Source of the DNA: a virus
Taxonomy: Duplodnaviria > Caudoviricetes
Strand: one strand, 5' to 3'
Virus record (IMG/VR): IMGVR_UViG_2907128583_000005
Location: 1-64,000 of that record
Length of the DNA: 64,000 nt
Shown here: piece after piece, positions 39,224 to 48,463 of the stretch
How the letters are laid out: each line of letters starts with the position of its first letter
Position numbering within the stretch: position 1 is the stretch's first letter
Made by a program: the position numbers and the translations under genes
The notes under the pieces: model-generated
Told to the model about the DNA's origin: nothing
Seen by the model: only the letters and a program-made list of their open reading frames with translations
Databases searched by the model: none

Positions 39224-40339
39224 TTTTCTACCACCTTTCTACCGTTAACAGCTGGACGAAGTTGTTCAATGAAGGCTTCCAACATATCCAAACTTTCAGA
39301 CAACCGTTTCTTTTCAGAGCTACTTGCACTGCCTATTGCCCCCAACATGAACGAAGTAATTCCAACCTTTTGCAGAAACTGTTTCACATGGATACTCACT
39401 TGGATCGTGTTGCTGTCAGCTTCAAAGCGAAGCTTCTTCATTTGAGCAGCGGCCTCCTGTTCGTTGAAGTCGTCTGGCTGCTGGAGTTTGATACTCTCAA
39501 GTTCTTCTTTAGCTCTTTGGTAGCCACTCTTCAATTGTTCAACTTTTAAACGTTCTTTTTCCAAATCATCATTGAGTTTGTTTTTCCAATATTCATCGCG
39601 TTGCTTGAGCTGTGCTTCTGCCTCTTTTTCCTTTTGACGAATGAAAATGCCCGTTTCTTCCTCATGACGCTCTACAGCAGCAGATACTGCATCTTCAAGT
39701 TGATCAGCAGGAATGGCATCTTTGTACTGTCTTTGTAACTCAAGCTTGTCCCGCTCTGCCTGCTCTGCTCTTTCCTCTGCCTCACGCACAGCAGCTTCGA
39801 GCCGAGCTTTGGTTTCTACGAATGCCTTATGAGTGCTGATCAAACCTTCATCAAGCTGTTGAATGATTTCAGGAGTAGCATTTTCTGCAATAAACTTCGC
39901 TTTGTCGTACTGTCTGCCAGAGCCAAAGCCTGCCTGATCCGCTACAATATCCCGAACTTGTCCGGTAGGTTGGTCAGGAAAATTTTCCGTACCTCCAGAC
40001 ATGCGCTCTTTGGCCTTCAAGCGTTCGACCTCTTCAAGTCGCCGCGCCCATTCTACTCGCTCGGAAAAAGTGAACTCCTTACGATGTTCATTCTCGGAAA
40101 TCTCAAGCTGAAGTTGATGCTCAAAATCCTTTATTTCCATGACTCTGACCGTTACTTCTTTCCGACCTAGAAACTGATGCGCTCTTAGTCGCCGCTCTCC
40201 AGCAATTAACTGATAATCTGGTGTTACTACAATAGGATTGATGAGTCCGTTTTGTTCTATATCTCGGGCCAGTTCTTCAATTCCGCCAAAGTCCTTGCGG
40301 ATACGATCACTGACTTTGATCTGATTTATGTCAATTAAC
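39220..40339 (-). CDS. ParB/Srx N-terminal domain protein
   Basis: IEELARDIEQNGLINPIVV...LIAGERRLRA...EISENEHRK. Probable TTG start near 40339. Confidence 0.85.
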
Positions 40340-40864
40340 AAAGTAAATCTCCTTTCTACTCTCCTTATTGTGATAAAATGGAAGTTGTCGAAGCTTATCA
40401 AATTATCAGGAAGGGAGGCACATTAGCATGACTGAATTCCATGGTTGGAAAATTACTAGACCAACTTCTTTTCAAACTCTTCGTTTCTGAAGACGACACG
40501 ACACTGCTCATAAAATGTAATGAAGATACTGTGACAGAGATTGAATTCATTGAATCCGGTTTAAGTGTTAGATATTCAGCAAGACCGATCACCATTAACA
40601 CCGAGGACAAAATCATTATCTTCAAATAAAATTATTCGTTGAGTCGAGCGTATTCTTTGACGTGTTCTTTAGATTTTTCAAGAATGCGCTCTGCTTGCGA
40701 ATACGACACTTTGTGCTTGTTAAGTAAACGAAGAATGTCGTAAGCAAGATCACGTCCTTCTGGATATTCTTGCGTAGTCATAATCGCGCTAAGATTATTC
40801 TTGGTTGCAGCACCATTCAGTTGTTCTATATTGGGTGTAGTCATTTAGTTTTGTTCTCCTTTCT

Positions 40865-41131
40865 TTAATAAGATTGTTCCAATAACCAATTTTCCAAGAA
40901 CTCACGCGTTTCTCTCGCAGGAAAATACCATTTGCTCCCTACTTTCCGTTTCGGAAATCCTGGATGATAGAAAAATTGTTCTTGTATAAAGTTCCAACTC
41001 ATACATGTACGACGCTTTAATTCAGCCGCATCCCAAAATACGTACTCCACATCAGCTTCTTTTAAAACCTCCGCTATCTTCGATTTGACCAGTTGAAAGG
41101 CTTCCTTTTCGTCAACGCTGACTGACAACAT
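40865..41131 (-). CDS. Excisionase-like DNA-binding protein
   Basis: WDAAELKRRTCMSWNFIQEQFFYHPGFPKRKVGSKWYFP, a winged-helix Xis-like pattern; second gene of the early operon. Confidence 0.65.
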   Translation of the reverse strand: MLSVSVDEKEAFQLVKSKIAEVLKEADVEYVFWDAAELKRRTCMSWNFIQEQFFYHPGFPKRKVGSKWYFPARETREFLENWLLEQSY

Positions 41132-41143
41132 GTTTATCCCTCC

Positions 41144-41356
41144 TTAATTGTTGTTTTCTTTTAATTTCTTAGGAACCAGCTTGATCTCTAATCCCAAAGC
41201 ATCGCAGGCTTTTCTAAGCGTGGTTTCGTTCCACCGACGACTTCCATTTAGCAAATTGTGCATGTACTGCGGGGAACACCCAACTAAATGAGCTAAATCA
41301 GAAGGATTTAATCCTTTTTCATTTATAAGTGGCCTCATTTGTTCAGAAACCTTCAT
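41144..41356 (-). CDS. Cro-like XRE regulator
   Basis: 70-aa HTH protein divergent from the repressor. Confidence 0.8.
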   Translation of the reverse strand: MKVSEQMRPLINEKGLNPSDLAHLVGCSPQYMHNLLNGSRRWNETTLRKACDALGLEIKLVPKKLKENNN

Positions 41357-41380
41357 TTCATCACCTCCGTTGAAATAATA

Positions 41381-41538
41381 TTAATCTATTTGATTAATTA
41401 AATCAAACGTAAAATTAATCAAATAGATTCAAATAAAAGAATTTTAGATTATTATCCATATAGTTTAATATATATGCTCAATTTTTCGCCTATTTGCTTC
41501 TTTTTAATCTATTTGCTGTTTGTATTTTAATCTATTTG
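41381..41538. promoter_or_regulatory. Immunity-region operators
   Basis: TTAATCTATTTG at 41381, 41504 and 41527, and an inverted CAAATAGATT at 41420, between the divergent cro and repressor genes. Confidence 0.7.
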
Positions 41539-41586
41539 TTGATATCATTAATTCATCAATTAGTTTAAAAGGAGCGGTCACAGGAC

Positions 41587-41976
41587 ATGTCTAGTTATCC
41601 TAACCGGATAAGAGAGATTAGAAAATCACAAAAGAAATCAGGAGTACAAGTAGCTGAATTTTTAGGAATTACCCCTCAATTTCTATACAATATCGAAAAA
41701 GGAAGCCGAACTTTAAATACTGAGGTGGCTTCAAAATTAGCCGAGTATTTTGATGTAACCGTAGATTACCTTCTTGGCCGTACAGAAGCCGAAAAAGATG
41801 ATCGCCAATATCCAGAGTGGGCCACGTCAAAGGACATTCGGGATTTTAAAACAATACTTGAAGAAGATGCGCCGGTAATGTTCGATGGCATACCAATCTC
41901 AGAAGACGACAAAGAAAAAATTAAACGGGTCATGGAAGCTATGTTCTGGGATGCTAAAAAGAACAAAAAAAATTAA
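41587..41976 (+). CDS. ImmR-like XRE repressor
   Basis: NRIREIRK...VAEFLGITPQFLYNIEKG...LAEYFDVTVDYLLGR; no S24 autopeptidase domain. Confidence 0.85.
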   Translation: MSSYPNRIREIRKSQKKSGVQVAEFLGITPQFLYNIEKGSRTLNTEVASKLAEYFDVTVDYLLGRTEAEKDDRQYPEWATSKDIRDFKTILEEDAPVMFDGIPISEDDKEKIKRVMEAMFWDAKKNKKN

Positions 41977-42057
41977 TTGTTTTGAATGAAATAGCTTTCC
42001 TAAATATTCACTTTGCGCTTTCACCGCTGCGAGGCGGTTTCACATACACAAAAAACG

Positions 42058-42069
42058 GAACATTTGTTC
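42058..42069 (+). promoter_or_regulatory. LexA/DinR SOS box upstream of the integrase
   Basis: GAACATTTGTTC fits GAAC-N4-GTTC and lies directly before the GGAGG RBS. Confidence 0.65.
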
Positions 42070-42085
42070 TATTGGAGGAATAATC

Positions 42086-43273
42086 ATGGCAAACTTTAAA
42101 AGATTAAAGAGTGGTTGGCGGTATCGGTTAAAGTACACCGATCCGTTTACACAGCAACAAAAGGAGAAGTCAGAACGGGGATTCCGTACAAAACCGGAAG
42201 CAGAGTTAGCTGCAGCAGAATTTTTAAAGAGAATAAAACAAGGTTACGAACAGATTGACATGCCTCTCGTCGATTATATAGAAAGTTGGATCATCAACTA
42301 TAAAAAAGGAGATGTTAGAAAAAACACACTTAAACAACATATGAACAATCTAAAAACACACATTAAGCCTTATTTTAAACAATTAATGATAAAAGATTTA
42401 AAACCAGATATGTACCAAAAATTTTTAGATGCTTGTTTAGAAAAAGGCTTAAGCCGAAGAACAGTCGAAATAATTAACTCAACAGTTTACAGTGCTTTAG
42501 AACTCGCAGTAATTCAAGGAAAGTTAGAACGTAATCCTTGCATAGGATCAATTATTAAGGGAGAGAGGAAACAAAAAACTATTGATTTCATTGATTCTGA
42601 GGATATTCCTCGTTTTCTTTATACAGCAAGAGGATATGGTTATATATACTGGATATTTTTCAAGGTGCTGTTGGAGACTGGCATGCGTAAAGGTGAAGCC
42701 GCTGCTTTAAAGTGGTCTGATATTAATTTTAAGGAGAAAAAAATTCACATTAATGAAACTTTGGATTTCCAACCTGATAACGAGGACGAGCTATTCGGGG
42801 AAACAAAAACCTTCAAATCAAAACGAACAATCAGTGTAAGTACATCTCTAATCAACGATCTAAAGTATCATGCTAGTTGGCAGAACCAGAATAAAATTAA
42901 TCTCGGAGAAACAATGTACCGACATGATTTAAATCTCGTTCTATGTAGAAATGACGGACGTCCTATGCCGAAGTCAACACTATTTAACGCATTTAAGCGT
43001 ATCTTGAAGCGCGCTAGTCTCGATGGAGTTTTGCGTATCCATTCTCTTCGTCACACTTACGCAGTGCTCATGCTTGAAGCTGGAGCCGATATAAAGTTTG
43101 TCCAGGAGCAGCTTGGTCATGGTAGTGTGCAGATTACATCTGATGTATACGCACACATTTCTAAAAAGTTAGAGAAACGTAACATAGACAGATATGAGGA
43201 ATACACAAGCAAAATTCTCGGCTCAAACAATTTTAAGTCGGGGGACGTTTGGGGGACACCCCAGAAGAATTAA
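42086..43273 (+). CDS. int: Tyrosine integrase
   Basis: Arm-binding N-terminus; ETGMRKGE, IHSLRHTYA, QLGH and DVYAH motifs. Confidence 0.95.
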   Translation: MANFKRLKSGWRYRLKYTDPFTQQQKEKSERGFRTKPEAELAAAEFLKRIKQGYEQIDMPLVDYIESWIINYKKGDVRKNTLKQHMNNLKTHIKPYFKQLMIKDLKPDMYQKFLDACLEKGLSRRTVEIINSTVYSALELAVIQGKLERNPCIGSIIKGERKQKTIDFIDSEDIPRFLYTARGYGYIYWIFFKVLLETGMRKGEAAALKWSDINFKEKKIHINETLDFQPDNEDELFGETKTFKSKRTISVSTSLINDLKYHASWQNQNKINLGETMYRHDLNLVLCRNDGRPMPKSTLFNAFKRILKRASLDGVLRIHSLRHTYAVLMLEAGADIKFVQEQLGHGSVQITSDVYAHISKKLEKRNIDRYEEYTSKILGSNNFKSGDVWGTPQKN

Positions 43274-43360
43274 TAAACTCCTCTGAAACGTCCCCCATTA
43301 CAACTCCCAAAAAAACCGCATACTCACAGGTTTTTATCTATTAATAAAGCGTCAGATATT
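43240..43360. other. Prophage 1 att junction at the glnA 3' end, with arm-type repeats
   Basis: GGGGGACGTTT (43240), GGGGGAC (43251) and inverted AAACGTCCCCC (43286). The core is presumed to overlap the glnA stop; the second copy is not in the window. Confidence 0.55.
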
Positions 43361-44669
43361 GATCACGTTCCCATTGATGTACTTGGGTTCTGTACATATC
43401 CCATTCAATTTCCTTGAGCTCATAGAAGTAAGCCAGAGCATGATCACCCAGTGCATCAGAGATAACCTCGCTCCGAATAAGCTCAGACAAAGCTTCTTTC
43501 AGGTCTGCAGGCAGACTTGGAATGCCTTCTTCAATTCGCTCTTCCTCGGACATCACGTAGATGTTGCGATCAATTGGGGCTGGCAGAGCCATCTGACGTT
43601 TAATACCATCCAAACCTGCTCTCAGCATTACGGCCAGGGCTAGATAAGGATTCGCTGCCGGGTCAGGGTTCCGAACTTCGACGCGAGTGCTCAGGCCACG
43701 AGATGCGGGGATCCGAATCATCGGACTCCGATTGCTTGCAGACCAAGCGACATAACAAGGCGCTTCATAACCTGGTACGAGGCGTTTGTAGGAATTTACT
43801 GTTGGATTCGTGATCGCTGCCATTGCACGTGCATGTTTAAGAATGCCTGCCATATAGTGGCGAGCTGTCTGGCTTAATCCGAGTTCATCCGTCTCATCAT
43901 AAAATACGTTTTCATTGTCCTTAAACAACGATTGGTTGCAGTGCATACCGGAGCCATTCACGCCGAATAAAGGTTTTGGCATAAAGGTAGCATGCAAACC
44001 ATGCTGACGAGCAATCGTCTTAACAACGAGCTTGAACGTTTGAATCTGATCGGCAGCTTTTACTGCATCTGCATATTTAAAGTCAATCTCATGCTGACCA
44101 GGTGCAACCTCATGGTGGGATGCTTCAATTTCGAAGCCCATTTCTTCAAGCTTAAGAACAATTTCACGACGGCAGTTCTCACCCAGATCCATTGGAGCCA
44201 GGTCAAAATATCCACCTTGGTCATTCAGTTCTGTGGTTGGATCGCCTTTTTCATCGGTTTTGAACAAGAAGAATTCAGGTTCTGGTCCGACATTCATCGA
44301 AGTGTAGCCCAGTTCTTCAGCTTCTTTAAGTACACGTTTCAAGATTCCCCGCGGGTCACCTGCAAATGGAGAGCCGTCTGGCTTGTAAATATCGCAGATC
44401 AAACGAGCTACACGATCCGAAGTTACCCAAGGGAAAACAACCCAGGTATCCAAATCCGGATATAAGTACATGTCAGATTCTTCGATGCGTACGTAGCCTT
44501 CTATCGAAGAACCGTCAAACATCATTTTGTTATCCAACGCTTTTTCCAGCTGGCTAACAGGGATTTCAACGTTCTTAATGGTACCCAGCAAATCTGTGAA
44601 CTGCAAACGAATAAAACGAACATTTTCTTCTTCCGCAATCCTAATGATATCTTCTCTGGTATAACTCAC
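43341..44669 (-). CDS. glnA: Glutamine synthetase type I
   Basis: [24 protein letters not shown] and [13 protein letters not shown] motifs. Confidence 0.98.
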   Translation of the reverse strand: MSYTREDIIRIAEEENVRFIRLQFTDLLGTIKNVEIPVSQLEKALDNKMMFDGSSIEGYVRIEESDMYLYPDLDTWVVFPWVTSDRVARLICDIYKPDGSPFAGDPRGILKRVLKEAEELGYTSMNVGPEPEFFLFKTDEKGDPTTELNDQGGYFDLAPMDLGENCRREIVLKLEEMGFEIEASHHEVAPGQHEIDFKYADAVKAADQIQTFKLVVKTIARQHGLHATFMPKPLFGVNGSGMHCNQSLFKDNENVFYDETDELGLSQTARHYMAGILKHARAMAAITNPTVNSYKRLVPGYEAPCYVAWSASNRSPMIRIPASRGLSTRVEVRNPDPAANPYLALAVMLRAGLDGIKRQMALPAPIDRNIYVMSEEERIEEGIPSLPADLKEALSELIRSEVISDALGDHALAYFYELKEIEWDMYRTQVHQWERDQYLTLY

Positions 44670-44794
44670 ACTAACCTCTCCCTTTCTGTAACGACTATAT
44701 GCAAATCGGCTGTATCATAAATGACATAAATGACTTAAATGATGAGACCGTTTTTTAAGTAAAACAACCTTATGCCAAAAGGTAAGCCACAGCA

Positions 44795-45208
44795 TTATCT
44801 TTTGTTGAAAAATCGTGATAATTCGCCTTGGATCAAAGATACCTGTCCTGGTCTTTTGCCTGCAACAAGTTGTTGTTTCAACAAACGATGAAGCTGAGTA
44901 TCGGACATTTCACGGCGTTTGACTTCCGTATCTGCAGTAATAACTGTAGCTTCCTCTGATTCCTTGGTAACCGGATTCATGACTTGTTTAATTCCTGCAA
45001 TGTTAACACCCTTCTCGATCAACGCCTTAATTTCAAGCAGACGCTCTACGTCATTAAATGAAAAAAGACGTTGGTTACCTGATGTACGGGCAGGAACTAT
45101 CAAATTATGCTGCTCATAATAACGAATCTGACGTGCTGACAAGTCCGTTAGCTTCATGACAATACCTATTGGAAATAAGGCCATATTTCTGCGAATTTCG
45201 TCGCCCAT
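44795..45208 (-). CDS. glnR: Nitrogen repressor GlnR (MerR family)
   Basis: IRRNMALFPIGIVMKLTDLSARQIRYYE; directly upstream of glnA. Confidence 0.96.
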   Translation of the reverse strand: MGDEIRRNMALFPIGIVMKLTDLSARQIRYYEQHNLIVPARTSGNQRLFSFNDVERLLEIKALIEKGVNIAGIKQVMNPVTKESEEATVITADTEVKRREMSDTQLHRLLKQQLVAGKRPGQVSLIQGELSRFFNKR

Positions 45209-45244
45209 TTGTCATCAACCTTCCAGTGATCTATTATTCACCTT

Positions 45245-45296
45245 ATTGTACATTTAGCTGATGCAAAGTGTCAATGATATGTTAGAAAAACTCACA
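45245..45296 (-). promoter_or_regulatory. glnRA sigmaA promoter with GlnR box
   Basis: TTGACA (45274-45269), an 18-bp spacer, then TACAAT (45250-45245). TGTTA-N7-TCACA at 45280..45296 fits TGTNA-N7-TNACA. Confidence 0.8.
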
Positions 45297-46545
45297 ATAA
45301 TTTACGTTCTTTCATCGTTTGCAGAGCCATAAGTACTCCATATTTGACATGAGAGTAGGTTAAGCCGCCTTGCATGTAACCAATATAAGGCTCCCGAATC
45401 GGAGCATCTGCGGATAATTCCAAACTTCCACCTTGTATAAACGTACCTGCGGCCATAATAACCGGATGCTCATAACCCGGCATATCCCACGGCTCTGGCA
45501 CCACATGGCTATCCACGGCGGCTGCGCGCTGAATGCCCTGTACAAAAGCAATTAGATGTTCTGGTCCGCTAAAAGAAATGGCCTGAATCAGATCCGTACG
45601 CTCTTCATGCCAAGCAGGTTTGGTCTCAAACCCCATTTCTTCAAAGACTGCAGCAGCGAATATGCTTCCTTTAACTGCTTGCCCCACCAATGTAGGAGCA
45701 AGGAATAGCCCCTGGTATATGCCCCGTGTAGTGCCTAGCATGGCTCCTACTTCTCCACCAATACCAGGTGCTGTTAATCGGTAGGATGCCAGCTCTACAT
45801 ATTGATGTTTACCGCAGATATATCCACCCGTTTCTGCAATACCTCCACCAGGATTTTTAATCAACGAACCTGCCATCAAATCGACACCGACCTGGGTAGG
45901 TTCCAGCTTCTCAGTAAATTCCCCGTAGCAATTGTCCACAAAGACAATAACATCAGGCTTTATCTTCTTCACTCGTGCCGTCATTTCTTCAATATCTGCC
46001 ACACTAAAGGAAGCTCTCCAATCATAGCCGCGTGAGCGCTGGATACCGATCACTTTGGTGTTCGCATGGATTGCGGACTCCACCGCTTTCCAGTCCACCT
46101 TACCTTCTGCTGTCAGCGCTGTCTCTCCATAAGTAACACCAAAGTCCTGCAATGATCCTGTTCCATCGCCAGGCTTACCAATCACTTTGTGTAAGGTATC
46201 ATAAGGTCGCCCTGTAATGTATAACAACTCATCCCCTGGACGCAGCACACCAAATAAAGCCGTAGCGATGGTATGCGTTCCCGAGGCAAAATGCGGACGC
46301 ACCAACGCTGCCTCCGCACCGAACACATCTGCATAGACCTCTTCCAGCACTTCACGCCCCCGGTCATTGTAAGCATATCCCGTTGAACCTGCAAAATGAA
46401 AATCGCTCACTTGCTTGCGCTGGAAGGCCTGAATGACCTTCCACTGATTTGCATCCACAATATGATCTATGTGCTGTATACGTTCTTGTATTTTATGTTC
46501 TACTGTTTCCTGAATTTGCTGGATTTCCGGACTAAAAACTACCAT
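45292..46545 (-). CDS. ynbB: YnbB, methionine gamma-lyase / aluminium-resistance family PLP enzyme
   Basis: FVDNCYGEF and AGSLIKNPGGG motifs; synteny between hflX and glnR. Confidence 0.92.
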   Translation of the reverse strand: MVVFSPEIQQIQETVEHKIQERIQHIDHIVDANQWKVIQAFQRKQVSDFHFAGSTGYAYNDRGREVLEEVYADVFGAEAALVRPHFASGTHTIATALFGVLRPGDELLYITGRPYDTLHKVIGKPGDGTGSLQDFGVTYGETALTAEGKVDWKAVESAIHANTKVIGIQRSRGYDWRASFSVADIEEMTARVKKIKPDVIVFVDNCYGEFTEKLEPTQVGVDLMAGSLIKNPGGGIAETGGYICGKHQYVELASYRLTAPGIGGEVGAMLGTTRGIYQGLFLAPTLVGQAVKGSIFAAAVFEEMGFETKPAWHEERTDLIQAISFSGPEHLIAFVQGIQRAAAVDSHVVPEPWDMPGYEHPVIMAAGTFIQGGSLELSADAPIREPYIGYMQGGLTYSHVKYGVLMALQTMKERKLL

Positions 46546-46656
46546 TTACCTTCTTGACCCTCTCTCTTCCGCAGCCTTAGGCTAATCATGTTATATTGTT
46601 ATTCAATTCGAACGATGAGCATTATCATCTTATGGACCTAAAAACATCATTAGATG

Positions 46657-47943
46657 TTAACTTTCTGTGAACTCACTAAGTGCATGACCATACTTTTCGT
46701 ATTCTCCTCTTTGAATTTCTACCTCATAAATGACATCATTGCCATCATACTCTGTCAGCAGTACATCTCCAATTCGATAAAGCACCGATGTTAAATCCCC
46801 ACGTTCCGCAGGAATACGAAATCTCAGTGTGTCACCGCTCAGATGCTCCTGAACCAGTTCGCGAATGCGTAGCAAATCTGCTTCATCAAAAGCACTGATT
46901 TTCAAATAGCCTTCCCCAGAAGGGAGCATTTCCAATTGCTCAGGGGTGCAAGCATCTTTTTTGTTAAACAATACGATCTGAGGCTTGTCCGCAGCCCCAA
47001 GCTGTTGCAGGATTGACTCTACAACTTTCATTTGTTCGTCACGCATGTCTGAGGAGGCGTCCACGACATGTAAAATGAGATGAGCCTCATTGGCCTCCTC
47101 CAAAGTGGCCCGGAAAGAGGCAACCAAATCATGAGGCAGATTTTGAATAAATCCTACTGTATCTGTGAGAATAACTTCTTTGCCACTCGGCAGTTCCATT
47201 GTTCTAGAGGTAGGATCAAGCGTCGCAAATAGTTGGTTCTCAATATATACATCGGCAGCTGTCAGTTGCTTCAACAGTGTTGATTTGCCGGCATTTGTAT
47301 AGCCAACGAGTGCCACCTGGACGATGCCGGCCTTTTGTCTACGCTCCCTGTGTAAATACCGATGACGCGTCACTTCCTCAAGTTGGCGTTTCAGATCACT
47401 GATTCGGTCACGAATGTGACGACGGTCCGTCTCTAGCTTGCTTTCACCAGGACCACGTGTCCCGATTCCGCCACCGAGCCGCGAAAGATTTTTACCGTGT
47501 CCAGACAGTCGAGGGAGTAAGTATGACAACTGCGCCAGTTCAACCTGGATAATACCTTCCCGTGTCTTTGCACGCTGAGCAAAAATGTCCAGAATTAACT
47601 GTGTCCGGTCAATTATTTTGAGATCCAGGCTCTCTTCAAGATTTCGTACTTGAGCTCCCGATAGCTCCTGATCAAAAATAGCTGTATTCGCTCCCAATTC
47701 TTCAGCAACTGCACGCAATTCATCTACTTTTCCTTTGCCAATAAACCATTTTGAGTCCTTGGATTCCCTATTCTGTGTGAGAACGCTCAGCACTTCAACT
47801 CCCGCTGTTTCAGCCAGCTTCACCAGTTCTTCCAACGAATATTCCGTATTGATGCCAGATCGTTTGACTTCATCCGTAATTAGACTGACCAGTACCGCCT
47901 TATCCTGCATTTCGGTTTGTGTATCATGAGTGGAGTTCGCCAT
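46657..47943 (-). CDS. hflX: GTPase HflX
   Basis: GIGTRGPGE, GYTNAGKST, LFATLDPT and DTVGFI motifs. Confidence 0.97.
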   Translation of the reverse strand: MANSTHDTQTEMQDKAVLVSLITDEVKRSGINTEYSLEELVKLAETAGVEVLSVLTQNRESKDSKWFIGKGKVDELRAVAEELGANTAIFDQELSGAQVRNLEESLDLKIIDRTQLILDIFAQRAKTREGIIQVELAQLSYLLPRLSGHGKNLSRLGGGIGTRGPGESKLETDRRHIRDRISDLKRQLEEVTRHRYLHRERRQKAGIVQVALVGYTNAGKSTLLKQLTAADVYIENQLFATLDPTSRTMELPSGKEVILTDTVGFIQNLPHDLVASFRATLEEANEAHLILHVVDASSDMRDEQMKVVESILQQLGAADKPQIVLFNKKDACTPEQLEMLPSGEGYLKISAFDEADLLRIRELVQEHLSGDTLRFRIPAERGDLTSVLYRIGDVLLTEYDGNDVIYEVEIQRGEYEKYGHALSEFTES

Positions 47944-48055
47944 ATTGTTTGCTCCTTTATTTTCATGTCAACTCTCGAACAGAAACCGACCTGATGTCAG
48001 GCCGGCCCTCGTTCGATGTCATACAATTCGATATGATTCAGATTCCTATTATCGC

Positions 48056-48463
48056 CTATCTTTTGTCCATTTTCAAATCCTCTGGTCGCAACGTCATCAA
48101 TTCCTGCTTGCCGGGTTGCCCACTCCTGTACTGATTAAGCAGCCTGACGGCTTGGTGCCGAATCGCTTTTTCGATCACATTACGAACATAACGTGCATTA
48201 CTAAATGCATGGAGACTGTCATTCCGCTCATTTAGCAAATGCTCCTTCATTTTGAGTATAGACTGAGGCATGAGAATATAATCCCGTTCCTTAGCCATCA
48301 TCTCCGAAATTTGAATGAGTTGATCCACAGTGTAGTCAGGAAAATCCAGTTGGATTGGAAAACGAGAAGGAAGACCAGGATTGGTCCGTAAAAAAAAGTC
48401 CATTTCTCCCGAATACCCTGCGAGGATCAAAATAAATTGATTTTTTTGGTCTTCCATGGCCTT
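48056..48463 (-). pseudogene. spoVK: 3' half of host spoVK (AAA+ ATPase), separated from its 5' half by prophage 2
   Basis: KAMEDQKNQFILILAGY...NPGLPSRFP...FSNARYVRNVIEKAIRHQAVR is the post-Walker-B half of SpoVK. An in-frame TAA lies just upstream at 48479-48481; position is syntenic upstream of hflX. Confidence 0.9.

Larger units (their letters stand above)
550..43340. mobile_element. Prophage 1: temperate siphovirus integrated at the 3' end of glnA; left end lies outside the window
   Basis: Contiguous tail, head, terminase, replication, cro/repressor and tyrosine integrase modules. The integrase ends 67 bp from the glnA stop. No holin/endolysin or second att copy is seen, so the element continues left of position 1. 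Confidence 0.93.

Noticed and set aside
48056-48457. 133-aa ORF as an independent gene
   Set aside because: It lacks an RBS and the Walker A/B motifs; it is the 3' fragment of spoVK.
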